Shown: piece after piece, positions 60,928-64,000 of the stretch
Numbering within the stretch: position 1 is the stretch's first letter
How the letters are laid out: each line of letters opens with the position of its first letter
NCBI GenBank assembly: GCA_963775685.1
Contig: CAVZJV010000014.1
Coordinates: forward strand, 1,792,001 to 1,856,000
Direction of reading: 5' to 3'
From: Candidatus Bathyarchaeota archaeon
Lineage (GTDB): Archaea > Thermoproteota > Bathyarchaeia > Bathyarchaeales > Bathycorpusculaceae
Length of the DNA stretch: 64,000 bases
The notes under the pieces: model-generated
What the model was told of the DNA's origin: nothing
What the model saw: the letters and a program-made list of their open reading frames with translations, nothing else
Databases searched by the model: none
Program-made: the position numbers and the translations under genes

Positions 60928-62217
60928 ATGCCAACATACCTGTTTATTTCAGGAAAAAACGGGACGCTCTCATTAGCGGAGCTAACCGCATACCTCCAAG
61001 CTAGAAAAAACAAGTTTGAAGTGAAGTATTTCTCGAGGGAATTCTTCGCCTTAGATCTGGAGAAAAGCATTGACGCTTCAGCGATGGCTGATTTAGGTGG
61101 AACCTTAAAAATCGGCGAACCCAAAACCACTCTGCCAACCGAACTTATCAAAGAAGCGTTTATCAAGAAAAACAAGCAAGTTCAAAAACAAATCGCCGAA
61201 ACTGTAGCCTCAAGTGGCATCCCCGCAGGCATGAAGCAGAAAAAGATACTGTTCGGAGTTAGCGTATACTTCACAGATAACTCATTTTCCCAAATGTCTG
61301 GTCGAATGCAACGGTTTGTGGGCAGCGCCATAAAAGACGAGTTGGCAGCTTTAGGAAAAAAAGCGAATTTTATGGGCTACTCGACAGAGCGAAAACAAGC
61401 CCAACTTAGTAATGTGGAAGTGTTAAAGAAGAATTTGGTGGAAAGCCAAGCGGAAGTATTATTCTGCATTGGCAAGACAGAAACATGGATTGCCACAACA
61501 GTGGCAGTGCATAATCCTTTTGAGTTCCAGAAAAGAGACGTTGAAAAACCCAATCAAAGGGTGATCTTTGCCATGCCGCCGCGGCTAGCCCGAATGATGG
61601 TTAACCTATCATCGTGCACACAAGGAAAAACCTTGCTTGACCCGTTCTGCGGCGTCGGCACCATTCTGCAGGAAGCACTTCTAGAGAAGGCAGCGGTAGT
61701 TGGCATGGACGTTAATCCTTGGTGTGTTAAAGCGTCTGAGGAAAACCTTGAGTGGCTAACCCGAGAGTATGAGCTTGGAGATGCGGATTTTAGGGTTCTA
61801 CAGGGGAATGTCGACAAGATGGTTGAGAAGGTGGGGTTAGAATCGGTTGATTGCATAGTTTCTGAACCTGATTTGGGTCCAGCACTCCGAGAGGTCCCGA
61901 CTGGCCCTTACGCGCAAAAAATCATTGAAAAATTGGAACCACTGTTCTTTGGGTTCATCGAAGAAGCTTATTTAGCACTAAAACCAGACGGTCGGTTAGT
62001 GCTGGTTACGCCCTACATCAAAACACGCTCAAATGAAGCAGTCACGATGCCCATCAGCGACAAACTGGAAAGCGTTGGTTTCAAACGGGTCTATGCTTTC
62101 TCAGGGGACATGTTCTCTGAAAAACTGGACGTTGGGCGACTGGTGCATTCTTCATCACTAATCGAGACGGATGAACGCCATAAAATCGGCAGAGAAATCC
62201 ACATCCTCGAGAAATAA
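60928..62217 (+). CDS. Trm11/TrmG10-like RNA methyltransferase
   Basis: MPPRLARMMVNL, LLDPFCGVGTIL.E, IVSEP. Confidence 0.8.
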   Translation: MPTYLFISGKNGTLSLAELTAYLQARKNKFEVKYFSREFFALDLEKSIDASAMADLGGTLKIGEPKTTLPTELIKEAFIKKNKQVQKQIAETVASSGIPAGMKQKKILFGVSVYFTDNSFSQMSGRMQRFVGSAIKDELAALGKKANFMGYSTERKQAQLSNVEVLKKNLVESQAEVLFCIGKTETWIATTVAVHNPFEFQKRDVEKPNQRVIFAMPPRLARMMVNLSSCTQGKTLLDPFCGVGTILQEALLEKAAVVGMDVNPWCVKASEENLEWLTREYELGDADFRVLQGNVDKMVEKVGLESVDCIVSEPDLGPALREVPTGPYAQKIIEKLEPLFFGFIEEAYLALKPDGRLVLVTPYIKTRSNEAVTMPISDKLESVGFKRVYAFSGDMFSEKLDVGRLVHSSSLIETDERHKIGREIHILEK

Positions 62218-62254
62218 GCGGTTTGTCGTCAGAAACAATTTATTAATTTGATAC

Positions 62255-62776
62255 GTGAAATATGTTTCTAAAACCGTTGAGGCAGAAACATTGAGCACTA
62301 TTCCAAGGCCAAATTGGGACAGGTACTTCTTAGATATGTGTGAAGCCGTAGCGAGGCGTGCAACTTGTAACCGGGGAAGAAGCGGCTGCGTCATTGTCAA
62401 GGACAAACGAATTATGACTACAGGCTACGTTGGTGCTCCAGCTGGGTTACCCCACTGTGACGAAGCAGGACATGACCTACGCAAAGTATTCAACGTGAAC
62501 GGAGAAGTCACCCAACACTGCGTGCGGACTCTCCATGCCGAACAAAACGCCATTATTCAAGCGGCGAGGTTTGGTATTCCACTTGAGGGTGCTACGCTTT
62601 TCAGCAAAATGACCCCATGCCGCACCTGTGCAATGATTATAATTAACGCTGGAATCAAACGGGTGGTCTGCGAGAAACGGTACCACGCTGACGCTGACAC
62701 TATTGAGATGTTTAAGCAAGCGGGCATAGAGCTTTGCATTATGAATCCTGAATTCGAAAAATACGACAAACAATAA
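62255..62776 (+). CDS. dCMP deaminase family protein
   Basis: RPNWD.YF, RATC.R, HAEQNA, PC..C. Confidence 0.93.
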   Translation: MKYVSKTVEAETLSTIPRPNWDRYFLDMCEAVARRATCNRGRSGCVIVKDKRIMTTGYVGAPAGLPHCDEAGHDLRKVFNVNGEVTQHCVRTLHAEQNAIIQAARFGIPLEGATLFSKMTPCRTCAMIIINAGIKRVVCEKRYHADADTIEMFKQAGIELCIMNPEFEKYDKQ

Positions 62777-63053
62777 CAATTCACACTCCCTACGCTTATT
62801 TTTTCAAATTTAGCCCAAACCCCAATCCAGCATATTTGGACCCCTAATGGAAACTCATTTCAGAACCCTATTGTGGGTGGATTAGTATTGCCGATTTCAA
62901 TTGCCAAAATCATGATAAAACCAAAAATCACTAAGGCAGAGTAGGTCCCATTGGCAGATTCTCGAACTAAAAAATGTTGAATTTTTGCTTTGAGGACAAC
63001 AAAGCCCCTTAATCCAAAGAAAAGAAGAAAAGGATATTCTCTGAAAAAAGCCA

Positions 63054-63392
63054 CTATTTTCTTGCTGGAACCACAAACCATTTAACATTATCAAACCCGT
63101 ATTTTGTTACTAGCGGGTCGATAAAATTTGGGGATAAGTCGTCGTCGATTTCTGAGAAAGCCACGGTATCGCCGATTCGGTAAACGATGCATATGATTGT
63201 GACGTCTTTTAGGGCAGCGTATTTGCCCTTAATTTCCCAGTAGCCGGGCTCATCACGTCCAGGCTCAATAATCCAAGAGTACTTGTCTTCAGGATGCTGT
63301 CCCTGCATAAAGTTGAAGGCGCAAACAACGTCTCCGACAGCTTTTGGGGCATCATTCGTTTTAACATAGAACCAAAGAGTCATAACTAACAC
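63054..63392 (-). CDS. Hypothetical protein
   Basis: 112-aa ORF with protein-like composition, co-oriented with the upstream HemK gene. Confidence 0.65.
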   Translation of the reverse strand: MLVMTLWFYVKTNDAPKAVGDVVCAFNFMQGQHPEDKYSWIIEPGRDEPGYWEIKGKYAALKDVTIICIVYRIGDTVAFSEIDDDLSPNFIDPLVTKYGFDNVKWFVVPARK

Positions 63393-63435
63393 CGAGTACT
63401 ATCAGGTGGTTTCTGCCTTTAAATTGTTTCTTCTA

Positions 63436-63999
63436 CTAGTCAGCCTTAGCTTCTATCAGGGTTAAAGTTTCAAAGAAGGGCAGTTTATGCTCAGCTTTCA
63501 CCCGCGCCTTTAGACCCTGTTGCCTGAATTTTTGAAGCGTCTCTTCAACGCCAGTAAGCGTTGACTGCATCAACAGAACCCTGCCATTAGGCTTTAGATA
63601 GGCTGACGCTTGCGAAATGAAGTGGTCAACCACTTCCCGCCCATTGGAGCCTCCTGCCCAAGCGCGCCCAATCCAAGAAGCAACTTCACCCACTTCTGAG
63701 GGCAAGTAAGGTGCATTAAACAGGATTAAGTCAAAGCCGATGTTTGGGTTTAGGGCTTCAAACAAGCTTGCTTGAATAAAATTTATTTTGCCCCGCATAT
63801 CGTTTATTATGGAGTTTTCTTTTGCACAACAAAGAGCAAAAGGGTTTAAATCAACCGCGACAACACTGACGGCTTTTTTCGCCGACAAAATTGCAAGCAT
63901 TCCACACCCGGTACCCACATCCAAAACCAGTTCATCATCTTTGACGTCGAGGTTTTCGGCAAAAAGATAAGTGTCTTCAGCAGGCTCGTAAACATCATC
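63436..63999 (-). CDS. HemK2/MTQ2 (PrmC-like) release-factor glutamine methyltransferase, 5' end beyond the window
   Basis: VYEPAEDT, DVGTGCG, FNAPYLP, AWAGG..GREV. Confidence 0.93.
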   Translation of the reverse strand, partial: DDVYEPAEDTYLFAENLDVKDDELVLDVGTGCGMLAILSAKKAVSVVAVDLNPFALCCAKENSIINDMRGKINFIQASLFEALNPNIGFDLILFNAPYLPSEVGEVASWIGRAWAGGSNGREVVDHFISQASAYLKPNGRVLLMQSTLTGVEETLQKFRQQGLKARVKAEHKLPFFETLTLIEAKAD

Positions 64000-64000
64000 A

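Noticed and set aside
62860-63094. Two overlapping small hydrophobic ORFs
   Set aside because: Low-complexity, T-rich antisense-type sequence with no motif support.
1544-63970. Numerous 60-220 aa ORFs antisense to or overlapping well-supported genes
   Set aside because: Shadow ORFs lacking motifs; fully explained by the coding strand.
1-64000. CRISPR arrays, rRNA, IS transposases, inteins (e.g. in MCM, RFC)
   Set aside because: No regularly spaced repeats, rRNA-like tracts or transposase motifs were seen; MCM and RFC lengths are intein-free.

Overview
Archaeal chromosomal segment, most consistent with Bathyarchaeia (TACK). This is inferred from gene content and order: fused GuaA, translin, thaumarchaeosortase-like protein, GINS-MCM, and an ATPase-TPR-HTH regulator. 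Positions ~18.9-64 kb are mostly intact housekeeping genes: cysK/cysE, guaA, a nucleotide-sugar operon, tRNA/RNA modification enzymes, RFC, GINS/MCM, PCNA, primase, RNAP subunits, exosome Csl4, Dph2, PpsA and r-proteins. Positions ~6.5-18.7 kb are an accessory region at the 3' end of a tRNA-Leu(GAG). It holds two diverged copies of a ~270-285 bp module (degenerate tRNA 3' fragment, then a TTTACCGGTAAA palindrome, then the tRNA 3' end exactly 107 bp further on), a virus-like gene remnant, and several signalling/hydrolase genes broken by +1 frameshifts. No integrase is visible. The best leads are: (1) this tandem, integrase-less tRNA-anchored cassette array; (2) an apparent 55-bp deletion scar of the aIF2-alpha gene in the rpl44e-rps27e-[aIF2a]-nop10-PAC2 operon; (3) an intact but catalytically dead nucleotide-sugar dehydrogenase homolog coupled to a Gfo/Idh/MocA enzyme. 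All calls come from motif recognition by eye; no database searches were run.
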